From Octopus sinensis (Eukaryota), in assembly GCF_006345805.1 (NCBI RefSeq), contig NC_043000.1, positions 52,700,001-52,764,000 on the forward strand: DNA of 64,000 nucleotides, in the 5' to 3' direction. The notes beneath the pieces are model-generated. The model did no database searches, was not told where the DNA came from, and saw only the letters and a program-made list of their open reading frames with translations. Of the stretch, positions 29,721-42,426 are shown one piece after another (within the stretch, counting starts at the first letter, position 1; every line of letters starts with the position of its first letter). Made by a program: the position numbers and the translations under genes.

Positions 29721-31249
29721 TTGATTTTTAAAAAAATGGTTAGGATATTGAGTTTTCTTTTCCTTTGAAACTAAATATATTTGGCCCAAACACTGTATAT
29801 TTTGTGCGCAATACTTCCGTGCCTTTGACCCCTGTTCAAGATTGAATCTATCGCAGTGCTACATCCGATAATCGTCCGCTGCAACGAGCGTTTTACACTC
29901 TTCCCTACTTATTTGGAAAAATGGGTGCAAAGCGTAACGATACCAGAAGTCTCACTAGGGATCTCTGGTAAATATTAGCAAGCGATATGTTGGAAGAATG
30001 TAAAGTGTACTACATTTGGGATGAACATGGTGAGAAAACTGATTAGGAAACAGCATGCAAATGATAGCATACCTCATCTTCATGCCGATTAGAGCACAGT
30101 TATGTGTGACTGTGGAGAGAGAAAAAACCAAAACTTCACGTCTCTAGAAATATTGACCATCTCCAATTCAGGGTATATCCAATCCAATATTCTCTTGTAC
30201 CATGACCCTATACTATGTGCACAAACGCAGAATACCTACACAAGAAAACATGTCTTTCGCCCTATCTAATCCAATGTCTTGTGACAATTTTTTGTTGATG
30301 AGGAGGAGTTTGGGAAATTGATCCAATACGGAATTACTCAAAAATACAAAATAAAACAACAACAATTCCACATCGATCTCAAACAACGCTAAATCTGCAA
30401 GGAGAAGGACACCGTCGTACCCAAAAGAAATCGCTCAAATTTAACAATGACGGATAGGGTAGTGAAAAACCAACCGTCGCACGTGGGCATACACACACAC
30501 AACACACACACAGAGGCATACGCACACACGCACACAAGCCCAACAACGAACCAAAACAAAACCACACCAACTATATACATAACTCCACCCACAGCAACAC
30601 TTTGCAGCCATTTCCAATTGTGATGTGAGGAGTAAAATATAAAACTATTTTCATACCATAAAATTAAGACTTAGAGACAAGGGTAGAAACATTCAAAATC
30701 AGAAAAACCAAGATTTCGGGATACCTGAACGTAGTAAAGCCACAAATACAGCAAGATATGAAATGAGAGAATTTTCTAATTGTTTCTGTGAGCCCTAGAG
30801 TTGTGGTAAGAAACAAATTTCTTGAGATCATCCCGAAGTAATTCTACAGGCAACGGTCTTTTGATACACCCAATGTCCTACTGTAAAATTATTAATGCTT
30901 CTAAATCATTGTTGGTGTTTATCTTTTTCACACTCTTCAGGATTTTCACACTTTTTTCTATTTTAACACCTTTCAGCTTTTTCCTAATATTAGCCAAGGT
31001 AAAGACATTCCTTTACACCGTTTTATAATGACATTATCCAGTCCAAATTTTAGTTAAGATTTTAGCTATTTCTTTCTTCTGCCGTTGTTTTTTCATTTTC
31101 TTACTAATTATCTGTTATTGCATCCCCTATTTTGTATTTGAAAACGGAAAATTTTTCTTTTGTAATTTTAATTTTTCTAGTAACTTCTAATTTCCCATGA
31201 TTCAATGTGAGACATTTTTGTAGTTTTTCAGGGTTATTTTCATTATCAT

Positions 31250-31251
31250 CG

Positions 31252-31291
<40 letters not shown>

Positions 31292-31345
31292 AACCACCAC
31301 CACCACCACCACTACTACTTGTAGTAGTAGTAGTTGTTGTAGTTT
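31250..31345. repeat. (CTA)n/(CAC)n/(GTA)n trinucleotide microsatellite
   Basis: Direct reading. Confidence 0.9.
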
Positions 31346-32012
31346 GAGCATTACCTCGATTATTAATTTTGGAGGAATTTGGAAAACATGAAAATAAGCA
31401 TTCAAAATGACGGAAATGCAACTAGTCAAAGTTCCAGAAGTGAATAAAATTTTACAGAATCATAGAGATTCGTATATTGCACATGTGCAATGTTTTGATT
31501 TAGGGTTCTATGTTCTTTTGTATTGAAATAATCGAGGTAATATGTGTGCTGTGATTAGTAGTGGTGTTTTGTGCCGTGTATATATTTGGCACCATTTGAT
31601 TTTACGCATTGTTGTAGTCTCTATTTTGGCTTTATCTACAGAATAAGGAAAAAATTCTACTTTATTGTTAGAATTATACTATTGTCTGCAAAACGTGACA
31701 CTTTAATTAGAAAGTATTTTGTTTGCTATTCGTCCTTCAATATCTTATCGAAAATTTTCTTTGATCTCTGAGTTTGTGTGGATTTGCATATAAGAGTATA
31801 AGCTCACTTTAAATTTCTCATATTATCAGCATATTAGATTCATTCAGATATTGTTGCCTATGATGGGTTGAAAACAAAATTTTGCCGAAGTAAACGTGAT
31901 AATCAGAAATAAATTACCTAAGTTGAAATATTACATAAGATAAAGTTTTATTGTTTATATCACCACCCCTGCCATACACACTCACACGCATATATATTAT
32001 TATATATCAAAG

Positions 32013-32043
<31 letters not shown>

Positions 32044-32059
32044 GCATATATATATATAT

Positions 32060-32433
32060 GCCAGAACTGGGCGCCACTGTGTGGTGCCTAGGACTCCAAA
32101 TTTGCCATCAAGATGTAGGACAAGATACTGTGATAGCCTGGGCTTCCGAGGCCCACAGCTGTTCAATATCCTCCCGAAGAACCTGAGAGACCTGCATGGG
32201 GTGGATGCAGATGTCTTTAAAATGGAACTGGATCTCTTCCTGTCAGGTGTCCCAGATGAACCAACTTCACGGCAGGAGGCGCAGATGAGGGCAGCTGCAT
32301 CGAACTCGCTCATGCACCAAATGGCAGTTGCTAAAAAGCTTTCGTGAAGTAAAACCAAGTAGCAACACCAAACGGCGGTACCCCAGCATGGTCACAGCTC
32401 ATGAGCTGAAACTAGAATCAATCAATCAATCAA
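32060..32433 (+). mobile_element. 3' end of a CR1/L2-group LINE (ORF2 C-terminus, 3' UTR, (ATCA)n tail)
   Basis: ORF 32042-32347 contains GPQLFNILPKNLRDL...FKMELDLFLSGVPDEP...RAAASNSL, a typical post-RT C-terminus. It is 5'-truncated at a TA tract and ends in AATCAATCAATC. Confidence 0.75.
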
Positions 32434-32439
32434 TATATG

Positions 32440-32675
32440 TATGTGTGTGTGTCTGTGTGTATGTGTGTGTGTCTGTGTTTGTCCCCCTAGCTTTGCTTGA
32501 CAACCGATGCTGGTGTGTTTACGTCCAGTCACTTAGCGGTTCGGCAAAAAGAGACCGATGGAATAAGTACTGGGCTTACAAAGAATAAGTCCCGGGGTCG
32601 ATTTGCTCGACTAAAGGCGGTGCTCCAGCATGGCCACAGTCAAATGACTGAAACAAGTAAAAGAATAAAAGAATA
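32440..32675 (+). mobile_element. 3' half of the tRNA-derived SINE
   Basis: Close match to the copies at 48986-49333 and 58091-58340; tail AGTAAAAGAATAAAAGAAT. Confidence 0.85.
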
Positions 32676-32789
32676 TGTATGTATACGCACATACAGATCC
32701 ATTCATCCATCCCTTTCTCCATACATATATACATATATAACCATATATACTCTATTCATATATATATATATATAATATATATATATATA

Positions 32790-33393
32790 TAAATTAAATT
32801 AGAGATAAAACCACTATTAGGCATATCAAACAGTGAAAAACATAAACCAAAACATAGAAATAAAATTAATTAATATAAAATACAAAATATATAAAATATA
32901 ACATTTAAAATTTAAATTATTTAAATTTGAAGTTAAAAATTTTAAATTATTGATTTATATAAATTGACTATAACTGTGATTAGATCATTTGTGGGTTTTT
33001 AATGTTTTTTAAGAGCCATATTATATCTGAATAGATAAATACATTTTCTATCTATTCTTATCTTAAAAATTAATATTCAACATTATAATCGATTGTGACA
33101 TAATCATAATCGTTAAAGTTTCTAGTTTGATAATAGACATTTTTATAAGGAAAATTATTATTTTATTTATTTCTTAAAAAAATATTGTTTAGATATATTT
33201 GATAATTTATTTAACTGTTATTATTAACCTGAAGATTGACTATAACCATAATTCGAATTATTAATTGAATTTAAATTATTGTTATTCGAATTAGGTTATG
33301 GGCATGAAACGATCGTAGTGGTTTTACTTTTTATCTTATATTTAACTTTTTATACTTTTTGATAGTTATACATATATTTAACAATATATATAT

Positions 33394-33472
<79 letters not shown>

Positions 33473-33652
33473 ATTTATAAATATAAATTAATAATAAAAA
33501 ATTTTTAACTTTAAATTTAGATAATTTAAATTTTGAATTTTATATTTTATACATTTTGTATTTTATTTAATTAACTTCCTTGCTATGTTTTGGTATATGT
33601 TTTTCACTGTTTGATTTGCTTAATAGTGGTTTTATCTCTAATCTAATTTATA
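32790..33652 (+). mobile_element. Non-coding Penelope-type element: ~170-bp inverted flanks around a hammerhead-like motif
   Basis: 32790-32960 is an inverted copy of ~33480-33652. Internal CTGAAGA (33229), long hairpin, then GAAAC-GATC-GTA (33306-33317). The Penelope assignment is an inference. Confidence 0.6.
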
Positions 33653-33720
33653 TTTATACTGTAAAATTAGATTTAATCCTAAATCTAATTTTTCCATGTA
33701 AGTTTGGATTTATTCCCTAA

Positions 33721-33760
<40 letters not shown>

Positions 33761-33763
<3 letters not shown>

Positions 33764-34260
33764 TATTTTTATTTCTATAGCGTGCTTTCACTTCACTACC
33801 GAGCGCAGCTCTGTGTGCCTTGGGTATGTGCTGTGATTTGTTGTGATGCTCTGATGGTTTTTGTATGGAAAGTGTTCTGCGTAGGATGTGTGCAGTGCCT
33901 AGCAATGCAATGTTCTGTATGTTATATGTGTTTGTAAGTCCTGGTGTTTTTGTTATGTATTTGTCTGAAAATATTTTTATCATGCCTAATGCACCTACTA
34001 TGATAGGAATTGTTTCTGTTTTCAGATTCCACATTCTAGTTACCTCTATTTCCAGGTCTTTGTATTTTGAGAGTTTCTCCATTTCTTTTAGAGACACGTT
34101 GTCATCAGCTGGTATTGATACATCAATTAGAAGGCATTTCTTTTCTACATGGTCTCTGACAACTATATCTGGTCTGTTGGCCTTAATTTCTCTATCTGTG
34201 TGTATCGGCATATCCCAGAGTATGGTTGCTTTCTCGTTTTCTGTGACCTTTTCTGGTGTG
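33761..34260 (-). mobile_element. 5'-truncated R4/Dong-like LINE copy A (RLE domain + 3' UTR)
   Basis: ORF 33756-34211: RPDIVVRDHVEKKCLLIDVSIP...EKLSKYKDL; flanked by (TAA)n on both sides. Confidence 0.9.
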
Positions 34261-34300
34261 TATTATTATTATTATTATTGTTATTATTATTATTATTATT

Positions 34301-34798
34301 CAGTAGTTTTTATTTCTATAGCGTGCTTTCACTTCACTACCGAGCGCAGCTCTGTGTGCCTTGGGTATGTGCTGTGATTTGTTGTGATGCTCTGATGGTT
34401 TTTGTATGGAAAGTGTTCTGCGTAGGATGTGTGCAGTGCCTAGCAGTGAAATTTTCTGTATGTTATATGATTGTAAGTCCTGGTGTTTTTGTTATGTATT
34501 TGTCTGAAAATATTTTTATCATGCCTAATGCACCTACTATGATAGGAATTGTTTCTGTTTTCAGATTCCACATTCTAGTTACCTCTATTTCCAGGTCTTT
34601 GTATTTTGAGAGTTTCTCCATTTCTTTTAGAGACACGTTGTCATCAGCTGGTATTGATACATCAATTAGAAGGCATTTTTTTCTACATGGTCTCTGACAA
34701 CTATATCTGGTCTGTTGGCCTTAATTTCTCTATCTGTGTGTATCGGCATATCCCAGAGTATGGTTGCTTTCTCGTTTTCTGTGACCTTTTCTGGTGTG
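34301..34798 (-). mobile_element. 5'-truncated R4/Dong-like LINE copy B
   Basis: Near-identical to copy A with the same truncation point (TTTTCTGGTGTG then TAT repeats); carries extra frameshifts. Confidence 0.9.
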
Positions 34799-34838
34799 TA
34801 TTATTATTATTATTATTGTTATTATTATTATTATTATT

Positions 34839-37800
34839 CAGTAGTTTTATTTTTATAGCGTGCTTTCACTTCACTACCGAGCGCAGCTCTGTGTGCCTTG
34901 GGTATGTGCTGTGATTTATTGTGAGGCTATGATGGTTATTGTATGGAAAGTGTTCTCCGTAGGATGTGTGCAGTGTCTAGCAGTGCAATTTTCTGTATGT
35001 TATATGTGTTTGTAAGTCCTGGTGTTTTTGTTATGTATTTGTCTGAATATTTTTTTAACATGCCTAATGCACCTACTATGATAGGAATTGTTTCTGTTTT
35101 CAGATTCCACATTCTGGTTACCTCTATTTCCAGGTCTTTGTATTTTGAGTGTTTCTCCATTTCTTTTAGAGACACGTTGTCATCTGCCGGTATTGATACA
35201 TCAATTAGAAAGCATTTTTTTTCTTCATGATCTCTGACAACTATATCTGGCCTGTTGGCCTTAATTTCTCTATCTGTGTGTATCGGCATATCCCAGAGTA
35301 TGGTTGCTTTCTCGTTTTCTGTGACCTTTTCTGGTGTGTGCCTATAACGTCTTTTTTCTGTTGTTATTCCATAATGTTGGCATAGATTCCAGTGTATATA
35401 GGTTCCAACATTGTCATGTCTGTGAATATATTCCTTCTTAGCCAGGACTGGGCAGCTAGAGATAATATGATTTATTGTTTCTTGTCCATCTCCACATATT
35501 CTGCAGTTACTTGTAATATTTCTTTTCATTACATGTTTTTGGTAATTTCTGGTGGGGAGGCTTTGGTCTTGTGCTGCAATTAAAAATCCCTCTGTTTCTG
35601 CTTTGAGTCCTGAGCTTCTCAACGATTGCTGGGATTTTTCTTTGTCTATTTCTTTTGCGTTTAGTTTAGTCCAGTATTTACCATGAAGGGGCTTTTCTTG
35701 ACATCGTTTTATCATGGTTCGTTGCTGTTCTATTTTTAGTTTGGATTTCATTTGTTTTATAGCTTTCGTTGTTTCTTCATCTTCTTCTTCTTCTTCTTCT
35801 TCTTCTTCTTCTTCTTCTTCTTCTTCTTCTTCTTCTTTCTTCTTCTTCTTCTTCTTCTTCTTCTTCTTCTTCTCTTCCTTTTTCTTCTCTTCTTCTTCTT
35901 CTTCTTCTTCTTCTTCTTCTTCTTCTTCATATTTATTAGGTGGTAGGATTTCTTGTTTGTATTTGTCAGCTTCCTTAAATACTGAGAACAGTTTTTTGTT
36001 TTGCTCGTGTTTTGCCGCTATTTGTATCAGTTTTCCTTCCTTCTCAAGTAGATATTTTTGCAGTCCTATGGTGGTTATTTTATAGTAGTTTTCCAGTTGT
36101 ATAAGGCCTCCACCACCTTCTATACGTTGTATATATAGTCTTTCTATGTCAGATTTTGGGTGATGCATCCTAGATCCTGTCATTATTTTTCTTGTTTTCC
36201 TATCTATTTTGCTCAGTCCATTTAGTGTCCAGTTAAGGATATTGTAGCTGTAACTTATAACTGGGACAGCTAAAGTGTTAATACCTATTATCTTGTTTTT
36301 AGCATTGAGCTCTGTGTTTAGTATTGATCTAACTCGTCTATAATATTCTTTTTTTAATTTCTCTTTCATTTGTGTGTGTTGTGTCTTATCTAGTTCATGG
36401 ATTCCTAAGTATTTGTAAGTTTGGCTTTGGTCTAAGTCTTTTATTTCATTGGTTTTATCTAGTGTGATGGTGCTACTCTTAACTAGTTTTCCTCTTTTCA
36501 GGGTTACTTTGGCGCATTTTTCTAATCCAAATTTCATATCTATTTCTTTGGTAAATTCATGAACTGTCTTTAATAGTGTTTCCAGCTGTTTGTCATTTGC
36601 AGCGTATAGTTTTAGGTCATCCATATATAAAAGGTGGCTGATCGTTTTTCCGTAACATTTATATCCGCATCCAGTTCTATTTAGCATATCAGATAGGGTG
36701 ACAGTGCCAAGCAGAAAAAGGAGTGGAGAGAGCGTGTCTCCCTGGAATATTCCTCTTCTAATGGGGATGTCTTTGGTTTTTATGAGTCCCTCTTTTGTTT
36801 GGAGCTGTAGCACTGTTTGCCATTTATTCATATGAATTTTATGATTGTTGGTGCTACTTTGAATTTTATGATTGTTGGTGCTACTTTGTTAATGGCTAGT
36901 GTTTCGAGGATCCATGTGTTGGGGAGGCTACCAAACGCCTTTTTGTAGTCAATCCAGGCTATACTGAAGCCTTTCGTCTTTCTGTGGCTGTCTTCAGTTA
37001 TAGCTTTATTAATCATTAGTTGATCTTTACAACCATATGAGCCTTTGCGGCATCCTTTCTGCTCTTCTGGGAAAAGTTTGTTTTCGTCCAGGTGCTTGTT
37101 CAACCTTTGCGATATCACTGCAGTAAATGCCTTGAACATTGTAGGGAGACAGGTTATTGGTCTATAGTTTTCTGGTTTTGCTGTCTCATTGGATTTGGGA
37201 ATTAAGATGGTTTTCCCCTTCGTGAGCCATTCAGGCATTGTCTCTGGCTCTGCTAGTATGTTGTTAAAGTTTTCAGCCAGCTTTTTGTGCATTCCTGTTA
37301 GATATTTCAACCAGAGGTTGGGGATCTTGTCATGCCCAGGTGCCTTCCAGTTGCTTAGTCTTTGCAGTGCCCGGGTGACCTCTTCAGTTGTTGAGGGGGT
37401 CCAAAGTTGTTCAGATGCCGAGTTTGTTATTTTGATACTCCTTTTTTTTTTGGTTGTTCGTTCGCCGACCATATTTCTCTCCAGAATTCTTCCACTTCTG
37501 CCGTTGGTGCTGCAGTGATTTCTATTTTATTTTTGCCAAGTTCTTGGTAGAAATTATTGGGATTGGAGTTGAAGTTTTTGTTTTGTTCAAAGAAGCGCTG
37601 GCGTTTCTCGTACCAGCAGATCCTTTGTGCTTTGGCAAGGATATTTTGCTTCAGCTTTTATTTTATTTTAGGTAAATCTTTTTCTGTGATGTTATATTTG
37701 CGGATTATTTTTGTTTTCTTTTTGTTGCGCAGTAGCGTTGATTGTCTGCCGGTTTCATTAAGAATCGACAGATCTTTTCTCATTTTTTGTATTTTGTTTT

Positions 37801-38090
37801 GGATGTTATTCATCCACAGGGTTTGTTTGGGTGGTCGTAATCCTGTTTGGATGGGTTTCAGTGAGTATCTAGCTTCTTTTGTGGCTGCAGTGGCTGCTGC
37901 GTATATTAAGTCATTTAGCTCAGTGATATCGCTTTTTGTTTCAGTGGCTATTAGTTCCGTGACGGCTAGGTTTATGCTGTTTATAATTGGTGTTGTTGTT
38001 TCGTCTATTTTGATTCTTGGGAGGTATGGTCGGTGGTCCATTTTGAGCTCTGTGGTTTTCAGTTCTTTGACTATTTTACTTTTTATATTA
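34839..38090 (-). mobile_element. R4/Dong-like non-LTR retrotransposon (RT + CCHC + restriction-like endonuclease), disrupted and 5'-truncated, inserted in (TAA)n
   Basis: ORFs 37658-38041, 36828-37472 and 34936-36831. RT motifs NYRPITCL, WIDYKKAF, GIFQGDTLSPLLF and YMDDLKLY; CRIC...ETINHIISSC; RPDIV...IDVSIP...EK..KY. (TAA)n at both ends fits the known TAA-repeat targeting of Dong elements. Confidence 0.92.
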
Positions 38091-38114
38091 TCATTATTAT
38101 TATTATTATTATTA

Positions 38115-38169
<55 letters not shown>

Positions 38170-38171
38170 AG

Positions 38172-38217
<46 letters not shown>

Positions 38218-38270
38218 TATTATTATTATTATTATATTATTTATATATATATATATAATATATATATATA
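38090..38270. repeat. Long (TAT/TAA)n then (TA)n tract at the LINE 5' junction
   Basis: Direct reading. Confidence 0.95.
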
Positions 38271-38943
38271 TACCAAGGATTTTTCAGTATCTGTATATAA
38301 TTTATGACTCATCTGACGGAAAAACTAATATACAGTATATTGGTTTACACCGTATAAATTTACACTAATCCATTCTTAATACACACCGCAAGATTCGAGC
38401 GTGAATATGGTACATGGTGTTGTATTACATTATAGGAAAACACTATCTTTATAAATGAATTATGCCCTTAACACAAGTGGTTTAATAAATAGTGCGTTTA
38501 CAGAACTTATAACTACGAGCCCAAAACACTTGCTAGGTTCATTAGCCGGGGAAGTGGCTTTGGCGGAAGACACATAAATATATCTAAATACCTTGTGTAG
38601 AATACTCTCAATACCATAATAAATTGCTTTTTACTGTGCATATAACTATTATAGCGCTATACAATATTTCTGGAAAATAACAAGTCATAAATCAAGATTT
38701 CTAATAGTGTTTAGCTACAAAAATTTTAATTTCCACGCAAATCTATAGTTAAATATTTCATTTACAAACATGGTTCATTAGGAATATCATTGCAGAACCT
38801 GGTACTCGACTGAGGAAAGAAAACTTCGAAAGACCCGTCTTTGGTTTCTTTGTCTCGTCTATACGGATGTATTGTTGTCTCATTTTAGTATCACCTAAGT
38901 GACCGGATGTTTGCGTTCTTGTCCAATTTTGTATTATATATAT

Positions 38944-38981
<38 letters not shown>

Positions 38982-38982
38982 C

Positions 38983-39053
<71 letters not shown>

Positions 39054-39775
39054 TATGTATATATATATAATATATACATATTATACATTTAATGGGATGG
39101 TTTATTAGCAATTAGAACCTAAAGGCAAAATTAATAGAGGTTTCAGATGTGGCAGAGCGTATTGACCATCCCCACTTTTGCTAAAATAAAGAGTTAAAAC
39201 AACTCAAAAGTCGCAAAACCACTGTCTTAATGACTGACAAAAGGAGGCAAACACCAAGCGTTTATAGACGGATCGCGATTTCGGATGTTGATGCAGACAA
39301 GCTTACACCTCGTCTGCCGCTCTTAACGCCCAGGGTTAAACTCAACTACCTTCTCCACATACACACATATATATATACATACACAATCACCCCCCCCCCA
39401 TATATATATATATATATATATTAATATGCATGGGCGTTGTCTACTCCTTATGGTAGAGTCTGACCACCTCATGTATCTACTCTACACCTTAGATCCAACA
39501 AGGTGTCCGATGTACCATTTACTCACATAGATTCACTATCAGATTTGAACTACGAAGAGCTGCAGTTAATTTCTGATCTTTGTGGATATTAAAAGTTTTG
39601 CGATTTCCGTTAGATTTGTACACTTTATAGCATGCATAGCATTGAAAGGTATGCACAGACATATAGGCAGAATAGTTATCATTCATATATATGTTTGCAT
39701 GTAGGAGTATGTATTTCATATTCATCATGCTTCCTGATATATGCTACGTATATATATATATATATATATATGTAT

Positions 39776-39820
<45 letters not shown>

Positions 39821-39984
39821 ACGGAACACTAGGTTCAACAACAGACTCCAGAACAGAGCACCACAAACTCACTCTGACAATTATAACAACATGAGAGAGA
39901 TAAAAAATAGCTTTGAACATAACTACACCAACCATTTTTTAGACCTTACACACAGGAACAGGGACACACGATCGCAAAGGACAA

Positions 39985-42257
39985 ACAAAAGAAACCTCAG
40001 GTAATTAAGATAATCAAACTCTCAAACAAAGAACTTACACCTAACGAAATAAGCATACTCTCCAAAGGACTTAAAGTTACACCCACCCACAACGTTCTAA
40101 TTACTATGAAATGAAAGATGATATTTCGGAATTTTGCAGAAAACTAAGACTCACCGAGGCATTTCAAGACAAACAATAGAGGAGGACTCAATAGCTAGAA
40201 ACAAGAGAATTACAACCCCCACCAAGGAAAGAATAAAGCCTTAGACCGCTATTGTGACTACATAACTAATTTCCCGTTTCAATTCATCAAGAAACAAAAA
40301 CACAGCCCTAACTTCAACAAAAGAGAATGGGACGACCTTATCAAACTAAGAGAAGACAAAACAATAACAATTAAGGAGGCAGATAAGGGCAACGCGATAG
40401 TAATAATGAATACAAACGATTATAAAAATTTAGTGCTATCCCTATTAAGAGATGAAACGTATTATGAAAGGGCCCAACAGTATAACCAGCAAAAAATAAT
40501 GCATAACCTTAGGACATTAATCAACACATACCAAGAAGGACTCACGAACAAGGAGTATGAATACATCACTAACTTCAAATGCAAATCGAGTTTGTTCTAT
40601 GGTATCCCTAAGGTACACAAAAGCCAAACCATTAGGGAAACGTGCAAAACATCCACCGACACACTCATCAAAATCCCTTCACCAAATGATCTTAAACTAA
40701 GACCGATAATAGCAGGGCCAGCATGTGAAACTCACCGCCTCAGCAATTTCTTAGACACACTTCTTAAACCTTTCCTAAAACACATCAAAAGCTACGTAAG
40801 AGACGATATAATATGCTCAACCACCTCCCTAAAACAGTCAATGAGAAAACCCTTCTAGTATCATTCGACGTAGTTAATCTTTATTCTAACATCCCTCACA
40901 ACCTAGGAATAGAAGCGATCACCTTCTGGCTGAATAACTACCCCTTTGAACTCCCAACTCGCATAAACAAAGACCTTATAATAGAAGGACTTAGATTCAT
41001 TTTAGAGAACAATTATTTTATTTTTGACAATGATTTCTACAGGCAAAGATCGGGAACAGCAATGGGCACGCGTACTGCACCATCTTTTGCCAACCTAGTG
41101 ATGGGATACCTCGAGAAAATACTATACCGGATAACACTCGAGAAATATGGAAACACCTTCGCCACCTATATCCATAACAACTGGAAAAGATACCTCGATG
41201 ACTGTTTCATCATCTGGGACAAAGGTATAGAGAAACTTGAGGAATTTAAAATACTATTAAAGGATAAATGACAATATACAATTCACGATGGACCACAACG
41301 AAAAAGAATTACCATTTTTAGACATCCTCATTAAGAAAACCGGCAACAAAATAGAGACAGATATCTACTATAAACCGACAGACTCTAAACAGTACCTACC
41401 CTTTGATTCATGCCACCCACGACACACTAGAATGAATGTCCCTTTTTGTTTAGCTAGAAGGATTTGCACCATAATATCAGACACAAACACCCGACACACA
41501 CGTCTCCAGGAACTTAGAACCACACTCACAATAGAAACTATCCACAGCCCCTAATAGACAGTGCAATCCAACGGGTACTTAAATTAAGTATAGAAGACCT
41601 GAGACAAACAAAACCAAAAAAAAGAACAATTAAAAACCCTTCCCTACATCTCTACACACAACCCACTCAACAATGAGGCCTTCAACACCATACTACAAAG
41701 CACAGCCCTACTAAAGGAGACCCAAAGATGAACCGGATCCTCGAAACACACACCATCATTAAAAGTAAACGGCAACCAAAATCCTTGAAAAGGATTTTAA
41801 CCCAAGCTACACTGCACTCGACATCAACCACAAAACCAGCAGTTAGAAAATGTGGAAGGCCCAACTGCGGAATCTGTGTCATCTTGAAGAAGGATCAGAA
41901 TTTATACTGGAACAAGGCCACCAGTTCACCATTAGAACAAACTTCACCTGCGCATCAGAAAACTTAATTTACGTCATAACATGCGCAGGCTGCAATAGGC
42001 AGTATATAGGCCATACAAAAAATAGCTTACGTAACAGGATGGCGGTGCATAAATCACAAATTAGAAACCCTGATTACCGCAAAATACCGGTCAGCGGACA
42101 CATAGATAGATGTGCTGGAAATGTAAATCCGAAATTTACAACTAACCCGCTCTATAAATTCAGTGACAACGCAACCTTCACACAACGCCAAAATAAAGAA
42201 CTATATTTCATAAAAAAATTTAGACCAAGTTTAAACACCCTGGGCCAGGAATACTAA
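39985..42257 (+). pseudogene. Penelope RT/GIY-YIG polyprotein broken by several frameshifts and stops
   Basis: ORF track pieces 40406-40858, 40813-41271, 41288-41554, 41728-41967 and 41850-42257 join into one co-linear protein. Confidence 0.9.
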
Positions 42258-42426
42258 AACAAAAGATAAGTCCTCCGAAAAGGAGAAGCAAAATTCCACC
42301 ACGGCCGCTACCTTAAACAGACACTCGCTCTGACGAAAATATGCCTTAGTAAAAAAGGGAAAAAAATTATTTCGTGCAAATCTGACCCTGATACATACGA
42401 TACGGCTATGGGTCAGACCCGATTCT

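Noticed and set aside
30000-30330. Possible Tc1-like remnant on the minus strand (also 63430-63840)
   Set aside because: Similarity is too faint to support by eye.
37557-38258. 233-aa plus-strand ORF, and similar ones at 34149-34697 and 33865-34377
   Set aside because: Antisense shadows of the Dong-like LINE plus TAT repeats.
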